A stretch of DNA of 64,000 nt from Longimicrobiales bacterium (GCA_965219445.1 CBDCNQ010000002.1:160001-224000), one strand, 5' to 3'; positions 10,470-21,296 are shown, counted from the stretch's first letter. Numbers and translations: made by a program. The notes: generated by a model not told the origin, from the letters alone.

Positions 10470-10945
10470 GTGTTCACGTGGGGGCCACCGCCCGTCGATC
10501 TGTGGATGCTGGATCTTTCGGATCCGGACAGCCCGAGGGCGGAGGCTTACCTGGAGCAGGAGGCCGACCTCCGTGAAATCGCGGTCTCACCGGATGGCAC
10601 ACTGGCGGCTTATCAGTCCGACGAGACGGGAACGCGAGAGATCTACGTTCGAAGTTTCCCTGACCCAGGTGAACGGACACTGGTGTCGGAGGGTGGAGGT
10701 GAGTTCCCCTTCTGGTCCCCAGATGGCAACACAGTCAACTACTGGACCCTACCCGTCGCTCTGGGAGGAGGAGGAGGAGGAGGAGACCTCTTCATGGCCG
10801 CCCGCCAACTGGTTCGAGGAGCTTCGCCAGCGGATGGGGAATTAATATGAAAGTGCTGAAGCCCGAGTTGGCTGCGGTCGTTGGTGCGGAGCGATTCCTG
10901 GCCGAGATCCAGGTCACAGCGAACCTCCAGCCCCCGCGGTACTGA
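10470..10945 (+). pseudogene. Remnants of a Ser/Thr kinase with TolB/PD40 propeller
   Basis: SPDG..AYQSDETG..EIYVRSFP, WSPDG, NWFEELRQR in shifting frames; then a kinase N-lobe piece KVLKPELAAVVGAERFLAEI at 10847-10945. Confidence 0.7.
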
Positions 10946-10952
10946 TGTGAAA

Positions 10953-10986
10953 GACGGCCACCCCCATCGTTCGGAGGTGGCCGTCT
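10953..10986. terminator. Hairpin, probable intrinsic terminator
   Basis: AGACGGCCACC...GGTGGCCGTCT stem between convergent genes; short T tract on the minus strand. Confidence 0.55.
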
Positions 10987-11015
10987 CCCCGTTCCGCCAA
11001 CATGTAGGCTAGGCC

Positions 11016-11486
11016 TTAGTTGAGCCTCGAATAGTCGGACGCACTCATCATGAATACCTGACTATTGACATTCACCGGGTATTTTGCCCGGAGAGTGATC
11101 CACTCCGGGTCGTCACGGAAGGCTGCCCAAACCTCTTCCCGATGGGCGCGGTCGCGATAGGCCAACATCCAAATCAAGGTGTTGGAATCCTCTAGGCTCT
11201 GCCACACAGCGACGACCTCTGCGCCGTGCTTCTCGAAAATCGCGACCTCTTGCTCCCGAAAGCGCTGATGCAGCTCGTCGATAGAACGCTCGTAATCGCC
11301 GACGCCGTCGCGCGAGGTGTTTGCCGTGTACATCCGGATCTCGAAGCAGCGTGAATTCGCCGCCACATTCGTGGAAAACTCGCCCGGGAGTTGAGCGGCC
11401 GGGCCACAGGCCGGCTGACTCTGCTGGGCATACGCCGGACTGCTGACAACGAAGCAGATGATGGCTGCGATGATCGCGGTCCTCAT
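11016..11486 (-). CDS. NIPSNAP family protein with signal peptide
   Basis: FEIRMY, LHQRF, FEKHG, WAAFRDDPEW; AYA signal cleavage site. Confidence 0.8.
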   Translation of the reverse strand: MRTAIIAAIICFVVSSPAYAQQSQPACGPAAQLPGEFSTNVAANSRCFEIRMYTANTSRDGVGDYERSIDELHQRFREQEVAIFEKHGAEVVAVWQSLEDSNTLIWMLAYRDRAHREEVWAAFRDDPEWITLRAKYPVNVNSQVFMMSASDYSRLN

Positions 11487-11750
11487 TTTGTCCTCTCTTT
11501 GAGTAATGACAGGTTTGGCCTTACGCTGAGGCGAGACAGATAACTACTACTGATCCCTCAATCGGAACAGATATGAGGTTCCTGGGAGTCGTAATCATAC
11601 TGGCAATCCTAGCACCCAACAACAGTGTTTTGTGCGTCTACAGTGTCGGTGCGGGGAGGTGTACGTGATAACGGCGAAGGCGTTTAGGTGGGCGTCGTGA
11701 GCACCTACCCGCCTAGATAGCCAACAGCCCCGAACGCCGGTGGTTCCACG

Positions 11751-12164
11751 TCAGCGGCCCCTCCTCGTCATCACTTCGATGACCCCGCCAGGAAAACCGG
11801 TGCCGTACTTGGTGGTGGCGTCGGAGGCGGAGAGGAACCGCATGGTTTCGATTTCATCAGTGATCACTCGGTAGAGGTGAGCGAGCTCGCCGCGGAGAAT
11901 TCCATCGACCACGACTCGCGCATACGAGGGTCCATAGCTGATACTGCCGCCGCGGAGTTGTAGCCAGCGCGGGTTTAGGTTCTCGACCGCCCGCCAGGCG
12001 CTCTGGCCCGGGAATAGTTCGAGCTGGGGTCGGTCGATCAGACGCGAGTTCCCCTGGGACGCGACAGAAGTCGTGAATTCCTCTCCGAAGGGCGTGCCTG
12101 ATGACGAAGCACAGGCGGAGACGACGAGGGCTAGGACGACGGATGCGCAGCGGCGGAAAGACAT
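11751..12164 (-). CDS. Small lipoprotein, TonB-plug-like domain
   Basis: Lipobox VSAC; VVVDG, IETMRFLSASDATTKYGTGFPGGVIEV. Confidence 0.6.
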   Translation of the reverse strand: MSFRRCASVVLALVVSACASSSGTPFGEEFTTSVASQGNSRLIDRPQLELFPGQSAWRAVENLNPRWLQLRGGSISYGPSYARVVVDGILRGELAHLYRVITDEIETMRFLSASDATTKYGTGFPGGVIEVMTRRGR

Positions 12165-12313
12165 GGATGGCCCCCCAATCATCGGGTGTGACCTTGAAAT
12201 TCTACCTTATCCGGGTCGTTCACGCCACGGCGAGGGCATGTTGCATACGGTAGCCGTCCCCTTCACTTTCGGGGCCGGTGGCAACGCATGCCGCACACTC
12301 GAGGAGACCGGAC

Positions 12314-13762
12314 ATGACACAACCAGGATCGCACACGTCTCTCCCGGATCAGGGGGCAAGTCGGCGGAAATTCTTCAAGTTCCTGGCCGCCAGTCCGCTG
12401 GCGGCCCTGGCCTACGCGGCGCTGCCGTCGAGCTGGCTGGAGCCTGAGCCTGTCGCGGGCGAGGTGCCACCCAGCAGGCCGGCACCGTTGCCCTGCGTCA
12501 ACTGCGGCGCCCCGGTGCTCCCGCCCGGCCTCGATCAGACTCGTGTAGTCCCGGCGATCCGTCCCCAGGAGATCCCTTCCCAGGAGCTCCCTCCCCAGCA
12601 AGCCCAGGAAGAACAGTTGACGGGGAGCCTCATTGCGTCGCCCGACGACGCGACCAACGTCTGGGACTTTGAGCGCGTGACCCATGAGAACAACCTGGCG
12701 CAGCACTGGGACTACCTGCACATGGGCGTCGACGACTACGAGACGCGCGTGGCGAACAGGGAGGGCTACCAGCGTCTGATGCTCCGTCCCCGCCGGCTCA
12801 GCGCGGAGCCCTCGAGCGAATTCAGCACGTCGATCGAGATCCTCGGCCAGCAGTTCGATTCACCCTTGTTCCTCTGCCCCGTGGCGGCCCTCCAGGCGTA
12901 CCACACGCAGGGGGAGGCCGGCGCCGGGCGGGCAGCTCGACGCAGGGGCGTGCTGCAGCTCCAGTCGCATTCGAGCTCGAATTCGTATGAAGAGATCGCC
13001 GAGGCGCGGGGCGAGCCGCATTGGTTCCAGATCTACACGAATCCCGACTGGAACCGTAATCAGCGGGTGATCAACCGCGTGGCGCGCGCGGGCTGCCCCA
13101 CACTCGTGTGGACGATCGACCTCCTCGGGGGAAGCAACCGGGAGCTGTCGCGGCGGTCGCTCGTCGGCGAGGGCAGGGAGGCAGAGCTCTGCACGCAGTG
13201 CCACAACCACCAAGAAGGCTACGAGCGGCCAATGCGCCGTGATCTAGACGGGCCAGAGGGTGAGCGTCCTCCGTACACCTGGGACTGGGTCAATCGTCTC
13301 AAGGACGCCAGCGACATGAACCTCGTCGTGAAGGGTATCGTCACAGCGGAAGAGGCAGAGCTGGCGATCGAGCACGGCGCCGACGGGATCTACGTCTCGA
13401 ACCACGGTGGACGGGCGGTGAACAGTCTCTGGTCGACGATCGATGCCTTGCCCGAAGTAGTCGCGGCAGTGAGAGGACGGGTCCCCGTGATGATCGACAG
13501 TGGGGTCCGTCGCGGCGGCGACGTCTTCAAGGCCCTCGCGCTCGGTGCCGACGCGGTCGGCATCGGTCGCCCCTACGTATGGGGCCTCGGAGCGTTCGGC
13601 GAGGACGGAGTCGACAGCGTGATCCAACTGATCATGGACGAGTTCCGCATGGTCATGCGGCAGACCCGGACCAACTCGATCGATCAAATCACTTCCCGCT
13701 TCGTGATGGAAGCGAAGAATCCCATCATGACGCGGCGCAACGAGTTCGGGTTCGGGCTGTGA
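12314..13762 (+). CDS. FMN-dependent alpha-hydroxy-acid oxidase with Tat signal and CxxCH motif
   Basis: SRRKFF; WFQIY, VVKGI, VSNHGGR, DSGVRRGGDVFKALALGA; CTQCH at 13190-13204. Confidence 0.88.
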   Translation: MTQPGSHTSLPDQGASRRKFFKFLAASPLAALAYAALPSSWLEPEPVAGEVPPSRPAPLPCVNCGAPVLPPGLDQTRVVPAIRPQEIPSQELPPQQAQEEQLTGSLIASPDDATNVWDFERVTHENNLAQHWDYLHMGVDDYETRVANREGYQRLMLRPRRLSAEPSSEFSTSIEILGQQFDSPLFLCPVAALQAYHTQGEAGAGRAARRRGVLQLQSHSSSNSYEEIAEARGEPHWFQIYTNPDWNRNQRVINRVARAGCPTLVWTIDLLGGSNRELSRRSLVGEGREAELCTQCHNHQEGYERPMRRDLDGPEGERPPYTWDWVNRLKDASDMNLVVKGIVTAEEAELAIEHGADGIYVSNHGGRAVNSLWSTIDALPEVVAAVRGRVPVMIDSGVRRGGDVFKALALGADAVGIGRPYVWGLGAFGEDGVDSVIQLIMDEFRMVMRQTRTNSIDQITSRFVMEAKNPIMTRRNEFGFGL

Positions 13763-13773
13763 GGACGAGAAGC

Positions 13774-14358
13774 ATGGCGGTCGCGCACATGGCTTCTCGG
13801 ACCGGTCTTGCACGGACCGTGACGGCCGGCATCGTCGGCCTGGCACTGTTGCAGGCGGGGCCGGCGTCCGCGCAGCGGTCCTCCGTCGATTTCACGGTGT
13901 CAGGCACTTCGACGGTACGGGGATGGACGTGTTCGGTGACTGGCTCGGCCCAGGTCACCGCCGGCTCGTCGACCCCGGTGCGGGGGCTCGATGGTGGAGT
14001 CCAGACCGCCACGCTCAGCGTGCCAGTAGACGATTTCACGTGTCCTGACGAGGAGATGAGGGAACATCTCCTGGAGGCGATGAGGGCAGACGAGTTCCCG
14101 GAGATCACCTTCCGGCTCGAGGGCTACGAGGCGAATAGCCAGGGCGCCGTCACTACTGGTACGCTCACCATCCTCGATGCCACTGAAGAGGTGAACTTCC
14201 CCCTCTCGCTGACGCCGTCCGGATCGGGTGCCCAGATTGAAGGAGAGCTGGCTTTGGACATGACCGCCTACGGTGTGGAGCCACCTGTGGTCATGCTCGG
14301 CCTGCTAAGGGTCAGGCCACGGATTCGCATCCAGTTTTCGGGCATCATCACCCCCTAG
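13774..14358 (+). CDS. YceI family protein
   Basis: Signal peptide; GTST..W, FPEITF, GTLTI, DMTAYGVEPP. Confidence 0.8.
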   Translation: MAVAHMASRTGLARTVTAGIVGLALLQAGPASAQRSSVDFTVSGTSTVRGWTCSVTGSAQVTAGSSTPVRGLDGGVQTATLSVPVDDFTCPDEEMREHLLEAMRADEFPEITFRLEGYEANSQGAVTTGTLTILDATEEVNFPLSLTPSGSGAQIEGELALDMTAYGVEPPVVMLGLLRVRPRIRIQFSGIITP

Positions 14359-14453
14359 GGGGGATAGGCGAAGCTTGCGTTCACCACATTAGCCGCGCAG
14401 CAGAAACGCTCCTCTTCTGGACAACCTCTGGGTAGCCACGCCCACGCTGCCGT

Positions 14454-14954
14454 TCACTTTTTCCACGGAAAGTGGAAGTTCAGGTATGTGATCGACTGCG
14501 AGTCCCCAAAATCCTTCCACCCGTGGACCATGCCCGGTGGGATGAACACCAAGTCCCCCGCTCTGACAATCCGTTCCACTCCACCGCGGATCGAGCTGCC
14601 CCGCTGATCACCCGGTCGTGACGCTGGTTGGGGATCCACTAGTGACCCACCGGTCACCAGCGTCGCCGACCCCTCCTGAATGACGTAGAGGTCGCTCAGG
14701 AACCCATGGATTGTGGCCGTTGGGGCGGTTCGGTGCAGCATCGTGACGCTGAAGACGTCTCCGCCCTCTAGAATCCTCCCGCTGGAGAGCTCGCCGACTC
14801 GCAATGCATTGAGCGCGGATTGAAGATCCGAGGCCTCCAAGACCACGGCTTCATCGTCCGTCGCTTCTTCTGGAAAGGTTGCCTGACTGAACCCAATGCC
14901 AGGGTACAGGGTCATCAAGACACCCGCGCACAGACTGGTCTTGAGAGCGCGCAT
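14454..14954 (-). CDS. Secreted cupin-domain protein
   Basis: EGSATLVTGG, GDLVFIPPGMVHGW. Confidence 0.75.
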   Translation of the reverse strand: MRALKTSLCAGVLMTLYPGIGFSQATFPEEATDDEAVVLEASDLQSALNALRVGELSSGRILEGGDVFSVTMLHRTAPTATIHGFLSDLYVIQEGSATLVTGGSLVDPQPASRPGDQRGSSIRGGVERIVRAGDLVFIPPGMVHGWKDFGDSQSITYLNFHFPWKK

Positions 14955-15163
14955 CCTTCTCCTCCTTAGTCGCACGATCTGCCGGACGGCTTCTTCAGGG
15001 GATTGTCGGACGTGCGGGAATCGCTCCCAAGCGGGTCCGAGAGATGAAGATGCACCGCGCTGATATGCGGAGCAAGGAAAAACCAGGTATTAACTAGTAG
15101 ATAATCGGCTAACCAACGTCCGGTTTCCGTGGAACAACTGAACGACAGGGAGGTGACGGACCG

Positions 15164-15640
15164 ATGCGAACCATTCTGCTTTCGATCGTTCTGCTAGGGA
15201 TTGGGGGGCCTGCGGGTCTGATCGCTGTGGTTGACGCGCAGGATCCCCAGCAGCTTCCCGCGACGTACACTTCCATGGCCGAGATCGAGGCCGCGTTGGA
15301 TGAACAGGGAGAATCCGGCGGCGGCGGTGCTGGCGTACACATCTCAGAGCCTGACGACTTCGCACCGGAGGTTCTCGTGCGACGCCGGTTCGCGTCACAG
15401 CCGAACAATGCCAGCGTCCACGCAGACCGCGACGAAATCTATCAAGTCATTGACGGCAGCGGCACCTTCGTGTCGGGTGGCACCTTTGTGGATCTCCGGG
15501 ATCGGCCCGCTGGCATCCGAGGGGGCGAGGCGCGCCAGATCGGGGTCGGTGATTTCGTGGTGATCCCGGCTGGAACCCTACACTGGTTCAGTCAGATCAA
15601 CGGGTCCATCACGTACGTGAACATTCGGCTCGCACCGTAG
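15164..15640 (+). CDS. Secreted cupin-domain protein
   Basis: H..RDEIYQVIDGSG, GDFVVIPAGTLHWF. Confidence 0.78.
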   Translation: MRTILLSIVLLGIGGPAGLIAVVDAQDPQQLPATYTSMAEIEAALDEQGESGGGGAGVHISEPDDFAPEVLVRRRFASQPNNASVHADRDEIYQVIDGSGTFVSGGTFVDLRDRPAGIRGGEARQIGVGDFVVIPAGTLHWFSQINGSITYVNIRLAP

Positions 15641-16015
15641 GACTGAAGGACGAGCCGATAACGCCCCTCTAAGCCACGTAGAGCGCGATCCTGGAGCGTC
15701 TGAAAGGGGTTCTGCTTGCGCCCACCGGCCCAGCACCATGTGATCTTGCGGATCACCTCCGGTCCACGTCTCTTGGATCAGTTGCGTCTGAGGACAGTAA
15801 TTCGTTCGTCGGCAGCCACTCCGAACTGCCGACACCCCCCGTTCAGAAGGAGGCCCGCATGAAGTGCCACCTGGTTTTTGTCGCAGTATCCTTGGCCGCC
15901 ACATCCCTCGCCATGGCGGGGTGCGGGGTCCCACGGTCGGATGCAAGTTCTGTTTATTCGCAAGCCACCTAATCAGCGCCTCGACGCCACCCTCAACCAC
16001 CGCGCATGGGGTATC

Positions 16016-17026
16016 ATGACTGCGAAAACAGCACGCCGGTTCAGAACCGCCATCATGATCATGATGGTCTGCATTCCCGTCGCCCTTGGCTATGAGTTCA
16101 TGAGCGACGGGAGGATTTCGATCATCGGTCTCGTCGTCGGGATCGCCCTCGCGATGCCGCTGGTCCTGCTCGAGGAGTCCACCTTCGACGAGCGGATGCG
16201 GCGTCTGCCGTTCTCGGTGGCACTACTGGCGAAGGCAATCACGTACATCGGATCCGTGATTGCCGTGTTCTCGGCGGTCGGCCTCGTCTTCGGTTTCCTT
16301 CAAGGCCTGACGATCGATGAATTTTGGGCGACTCTTTTAGAACCCACCCTCCCCCGCAAAGTCGCCATCGGTTTCCTTCTCTACGTGATCATCATCTTCT
16401 TTCGACAGCTCGATCGGATCCTCGGTCCGGGGGTGTTACTGAGCTACTTGCTGGGCCGATATCACCGGCCTCACCGCGAATCTCGCATCTTCATGTTCTT
16501 GGACCTCAAGTCCTCGACGTCGCTCGCGGAGGAGTTGGGGCACGAGGCCTACCTCGGCCTGATCAACGAGTTCTTCCGAGACATCTCCGGGCCAGTACTC
16601 GACAGTGCGGGTGAGATCTACGAGTACGTCGGAGACGAGGTCGTCCTAACGTGGAAGGAGGAGCGGGGGCTCAAGCATGCGAACTGCATCCGAGTGTTCT
16701 TCGACATCGACACGATCATGGAGAAGAGAAAGCAGGGGTATCTAGACCGATTCGGCGTCGTGCCGGAATACAAAGCCGGAGTCCATTTGGGTGAGGTAAT
16801 GACCGCGGAGATCGGAGATCTGAAGAAGGGGCTGATCTTCAACGGCGACGTGCTCAACACCGGCGCCCGGATTCAAGGAGAGTGTACCCGGCTGGGACGG
16901 CGTCTCGTTTCGTCGGCCGACCTCTTCCACCGCTTGGGTCTTCCTGATGAGTGGACGGGCGAGGCGATGGGGTCCGTGACCCTGAGAGGGAAGTCCGAGC
17001 CGACAGAGCTGGTGGCGTTCGCGTGA
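16016..17026 (+). CDS. Membrane-anchored class III adenylate/guanylate cyclase
   Basis: N-terminal TMs; FMFLDLKSST, YVGDE, KAGVHLG, GDVLNTGARIQ, LRGK. Confidence 0.9.
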   Translation: MTAKTARRFRTAIMIMMVCIPVALGYEFMSDGRISIIGLVVGIALAMPLVLLEESTFDERMRRLPFSVALLAKAITYIGSVIAVFSAVGLVFGFLQGLTIDEFWATLLEPTLPRKVAIGFLLYVIIIFFRQLDRILGPGVLLSYLLGRYHRPHRESRIFMFLDLKSSTSLAEELGHEAYLGLINEFFRDISGPVLDSAGEIYEYVGDEVVLTWKEERGLKHANCIRVFFDIDTIMEKRKQGYLDRFGVVPEYKAGVHLGEVMTAEIGDLKKGLIFNGDVLNTGARIQGECTRLGRRLVSSADLFHRLGLPDEWTGEAMGSVTLRGKSEPTELVAFA

Positions 17027-17392
17027 GCCTGGTAAGAAGGGAACACCGAAACCTTATCGCAAACGGGCCTCCCTGGGCCAGGCTTTGCAAGCCAGAGGTT
17101 GCCGGGTCGCATCTCTGGGCCGGTTCGTGTGTCGGTTGGGCCGGTTCTTGTGTCGATTCAAAGCGGCAGATGTGAGCATCGGCTCGCGGCAAGAGTAGCA
17201 AATCGTGCGCCCTGCCAAGGGTTTGTGTGGTTTCTTGCCGTAAAACGCACAACTTGAATCCGATACCGTCCAATGATTTCCGGGTAGGTGCATAACATCC
17301 AGTATTTACAACAGGTTACGTAGTTTCTTTCTTGTCTCGTTCTGCCAGCAGTGCCCTTTGCGATCCCGTTCCATCCCAGTTATGATTGGGGG

Positions 17393-18613
17393 ATGGATAA
17401 TGTGATTCGATCTCCCGTCAAGCGCCGCCTAGGCAAGCCCAAGGGCCGCCATCCCCACAAGCGGCTCTCGACCGCCTTCGTGCGCTCGGCACCGCCCGGC
17501 AGGCACTGCGATGGCAACGGTCTCTACCTTTACGTCCAGAAGACCGGAACCCGGAGTTGGATTCAGCGGCTCGTGATCCGGGGCCGCAAGCGCGAGCTCG
17601 GACTCGGCAACGCCCAACTGGTCTTGCTCGCCGAGGCGCGGGAGCAGGCGCTGGCCAACCGCAAGCTTGCCCGCGCGGGCGGCGATCCGCTGGCCGAGAA
17701 GCGGCGTTCGGCGGGCATTCCCACCTTCGCCGAGGCCGCTAAGCGCGTCATCGAGCAGAAGAGCGCCGGATGGCGCAACGCGGCGGTGCCGAGGAACTGG
17801 TATCGCAGCTTCGAGATTCACGTCTTCCCAAGGATCGGGAGGGTGCCGGTCTCCGAGATGACGAGCGCCGACGTGCTCGAGATCCTCACACCCATCTGGC
17901 ACGCGAACCCGCCGACGGCCCGGATCGTTCGCCACCGCATCCGCGCCGTGCTGGAATGGGCCATCGCCATGGACTGGAGAACGGACAACCCGTGCGACCG
18001 GCTCCTGCCGGTGCTCGGCTCCCAGCAACATGTCGTCAGACACCGGAAGGCCCTGCCTCACCGCGAGGTGGGGGCGGCCATCGAGAAGGTCCGGGCGGCG
18101 AAGGCGGGCAAGGTGGACGCGCTGGCGTTCGAGTTCATGGTGCTCACGGCGGCGCGGGGCGTCGAGGTCCGCGGGGCGGTATGGAGCGAGATCGACCGGG
18201 AGGAGCGCGTCTGGACGGTCCCCGCGAGCCGGATGAAGAGCCTGCGCGCGCACCGTGTGCCGCTGTGCGGCCGCGCGCTGGAGATTCTCGACGCGGCGCG
18301 GAAGCTGGGCGGCGGCGGGAGTCCGATCGTGTTCGTCGGCAAGCGCGGCAGAGAGGTGGGCGGCGAGCAGATGGGCCGGCTGCTCAGGAAGCACGGGATC
18401 GCGGCGGTGCCGCATGGGTTCAGGTCGTCGTTCAGGGACTGGGCCGCCGAAGAGACGGACCACCCCCGCGAAGTCGTCGAGGCGGCCCTGGCCCATGTAG
18501 TCCGGAACCCGGTCGAGGCCGCCTACATGCGCTCCGACCTGTTCGAGCGCCGGCGTCGGCTCATGGACGATTGGGCTGCCTACCTGAGTAGGGAGCTTAG
18601 GGCAGGTCCCTGA
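17393..18613 (+). CDS. P4/IntA-like tyrosine integrase
   Basis: Arm domain DGNGLYL...RELGLG; TAAR, HGFRSSFRDW, LAH, AAY catalytic set. Confidence 0.93.
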   Translation: MDNVIRSPVKRRLGKPKGRHPHKRLSTAFVRSAPPGRHCDGNGLYLYVQKTGTRSWIQRLVIRGRKRELGLGNAQLVLLAEAREQALANRKLARAGGDPLAEKRRSAGIPTFAEAAKRVIEQKSAGWRNAAVPRNWYRSFEIHVFPRIGRVPVSEMTSADVLEILTPIWHANPPTARIVRHRIRAVLEWAIAMDWRTDNPCDRLLPVLGSQQHVVRHRKALPHREVGAAIEKVRAAKAGKVDALAFEFMVLTAARGVEVRGAVWSEIDREERVWTVPASRMKSLRAHRVPLCGRALEILDAARKLGGGGSPIVFVGKRGREVGGEQMGRLLRKHGIAAVPHGFRSSFRDWAAEETDHPREVVEAALAHVVRNPVEAAYMRSDLFERRRRLMDDWAAYLSRELRAGP

Positions 18614-18823
18614 TCGTTCAGATCCAACAATGCAGCCGAAGCGTCTCTCTGAACCACGCGCGTTTTCCGATGAATACGGAGGGTTGGGGAGTTCTTGCCT
18701 CGTCCTCCTCGATGCCTTAGCCGGAAGCCCGTCAGCTTCTCCCCCCTCGCAAGGAAGGGAACTCACCAAGTTCGGTGACCTAAGGCGCGAGGTACATCAC
18801 GCCCAGGCTTGAACATGACGACA

Positions 18824-20071
18824 CTAGGGCCCACCCCGTGCGTAAGAGACGACCATCCCGCCCTGGTGTAGACGATAGTGTTTTGGGAATCCCTCCTCGA
18901 AGGGGTTGGGGAGCCAGTCGATTTCGGGGTCTGCCGAAAGGGCGTCGCGCACCCTCAGGATCCGCCATCGCCACGTGTCACCGCGACGCCTGGCAATGCG
19001 AGTCGCCGCTTCGATTTCGCTAATCCCGAGGTCGAAGGACGTTTCTTCCCCTTTCGTTGCCTTCACCTCGACGTGCCACCTGATGCCGTAGTGGTTGAAC
19101 CGGAAATCGAAGCCGTGCCCGTCGCTTATCTCGTCCTTTTCGCCGTCTACGAGCGGGAGAACCTTCAGCCGTGACTCCGAAACCCATGCGCTCGGCCGCA
19201 CCGCTCGGCCCCCGAACTCCTTACGTAGATATCGGTAGGCGTGCATTTCCCCGACAATGCCAACCACTTCGGCCTCCTCCGGGGACAGACGCCGATGCCC
19301 GCTCCTGCCTTTCTTCTCCCCGCCGCCTCCAGAGCCGCCACGGCGCGCAGGCGGGCCAAGCGGCGTGAACTCGTCCTCGGCTGCCCGTGGCCCGCCGGGG
19401 TACTCCAGCGCGACGGTGTGCTGCCGAAGCAATTCCGTGTAATCGATCGTCTCGGTCTCGAAGGACTCGCCCGCGATCTCCACCTTTCTCCGCTTCCGCG
19501 CCGCCTCCCTCTCCTGCTCCGCTCGATCCCGTCGCCTCTCTTCGATTGCTTCCTCGTCGAGTCCCAGCCGGTCCCTGATCCCTTGTGGATCCGAAGGCTC
19601 GCCGCAGGCCGCGGCGAACCGCTCGTCGCCCAGGGCGGCCAATGCGAGACGCCAGAGGTCCGCATCGGACCACAGGCAAAGGTACGCCTCCGCCCCGAGT
19701 TCGGGAGCCGTCGGCCGATCGGGCACGGCGGATTCCGGGAGGTGAACCTCAAGCCAGGTTCGGTACAGGTCGTGCACCTGCAAGAGCACCCTGTTGAACT
19801 GGTCGCCATTGAGGCGGGCCGTGTCGTACGGGTCCGGGTCGATGCCGATCCCGCTTTCCTCCAGGGCAACCCGGAGCTGAGGAGCCGACGTCGCACCCGG
19901 CAGCGCTTCGAGGTTCCCCGCGTCCACGATCTCCCGGTAGCTCTCGCGGAGGGCGTCGACCACGGCCGCGAACGGGACTTCCTACCACCGGTTCGACCAG
20001 TTGTCAGGCGCCGTGAACGCGCGCGTCGCGCCTTCGATCTTCCGGAACAGCAGCGGCTCGCCGCAATCGAT
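18824..20071 (-). pseudogene. C-terminal part of a large DUF3883 (NOV-C, PD-(D/E)XK-like) protein truncated by IS3
   Basis: GEMHAY, GHGFDF, VEVKAT..FDLGISE; in-frame TAG upstream of 19963; frame runs up to the IS3 end. Confidence 0.7.
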
Positions 20072-20169
20072 TGCTCCAACCCCCGTTTCCTGGTCCAGGG
20101 TGACTAACGTAGGAGGGAGCTAGATTGGGGGCCGACACGACCCGTAGGAAGCGGGGGAGGGGGAGTCCG

Positions 20170-20436
20170 ATGCGGAAGACGAGATTCAGCGAAGAACAGA
20201 TCGCTATGGCGCTGCGCCAGGGCGAGGTTGGCACGCCGGTGGCGGAGATCATCAGGAAGCTTGGGATCAGCGAGCAGACGTACTACCGGTGGAAGAGGAA
20301 GTACGGCGGGCTCGGAGTGTCGGAGCTTCGTGAGCTCAAGGCGATCCGAGAAGAGAACCGTCGACTGAAGACGCTGGTGGCGGATCTGTCGTTGGACAAG
20401 ACGATCCTGCGGGAGGCGCTGAGAAAAAAATGGTGA
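20170..20436 (+). CDS. IS3 transposase OrfA
   Basis: RFSEEQI..GISEQTYYRWK HTH; A7 slippery run at 20424-20430. Confidence 0.92.
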   Translation: MRKTRFSEEQIAMALRQGEVGTPVAEIIRKLGISEQTYYRWKRKYGGLGVSELRELKAIREENRRLKTLVADLSLDKTILREALRKKW

Positions 20437-21296
20437 GCCCGACGCAGCGAAGGGCGGGAGTCCGGTGGGCGCGGGAGGCCTACCAGCTACCCGAGCGTCG
20501 GGCATGCAGGGTGATGGGGTTCTCCCGATCCACGGAACGCTACCAGAGCGTGCGGCCATCACGGGAGCCGTTGCGGGCTCGGCTGAAGGAGCTGGCCGCG
20601 GTTCGTGTGAGCTATGGGTATAGACGGTTGCACATCATGCTGCGCCGCGAGGGCTGGCCGGTTAACCGGAAGCTGATCGAGCGCCTGTACCGTGAAGAAG
20701 GTCTTACGCTGAAGCGGAAGAAGCCGAAGCGCCGTCGCAGTGCTGTGCGACGAGAGCGATCCACTCCGGCTGCGTCGGTCAACGAGCGGTGGGCCATGGA
20801 TTTCGTGCACGATACGCTGTCCAACAGCCGGACGGTGCGGGTGCTGACGGTTCTGGATGTGTACAGCAGGGAGTGCGTGGCACTTGAGGCTGGTGTAGGG
20901 TTCAGAGGCGAAGACGTGGGCCGGGTGCTGAGTGCGGCAGCCGAGGAACGAGGGAGCCTGCCGAAGATGATCTCGGTGGACAACGGGACGGAGTTCACTT
21001 CGAGAGCGCTCGATCACTGGGCGTACTGGAACCGGGTCAAGCTTGACTTCAGCCGGCCGGGAAAGCCGACCGACAACCCGTTCATCGAGGCGTTCAACGG
21101 CAGCCTCAGGCGTGAGTGCCTATCGCAACATTGGTTCGTCGATCTGGACGACGCGCAGCAGACCCTCCACCATTGGAAGGACGAGTACAACAACGTGAGA
21201 CCACACAGTAGTTTGGACGACCAGGCCCCCGCCCACTTCGGCGGCGGCGGCCACTTCATCCCAACCCCAAATCGGCTCGGTTTCTCACCCTCCTAG
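20430..21296 (+). CDS. IS3 transposase OrfB (DDE), -1 frame
   Basis: YGYRRL, WAMDF, DNGTEF, PGKPTDN..IEAFN. Confidence 0.92.
   Translation: MVSPTQRRAGVRWAREAYQLPERRACRVMGFSRSTERYQSVRPSREPLRARLKELAAVRVSYGYRRLHIMLRREGWPVNRKLIERLYREEGLTLKRKKPKRRRSAVRRERSTPAASVNERWAMDFVHDTLSNSRTVRVLTVLDVYSRECVALEAGVGFRGEDVGRVLSAAAEERGSLPKMISVDNGTEFTSRALDHWAYWNRVKLDFSRPGKPTDNPFIEAFNGSLRRECLSQHWFVDLDDAQQTLHHWKDEYNNVRPHSSLDDQAPAHFGGGGHFIPTPNRLGFSPS

Noticed and set aside
10764..10785. (GGA)n run as a phase-variation tract
   Set aside because: Lies in a pseudogene remnant and is a triplet repeat encoding a Gly linker
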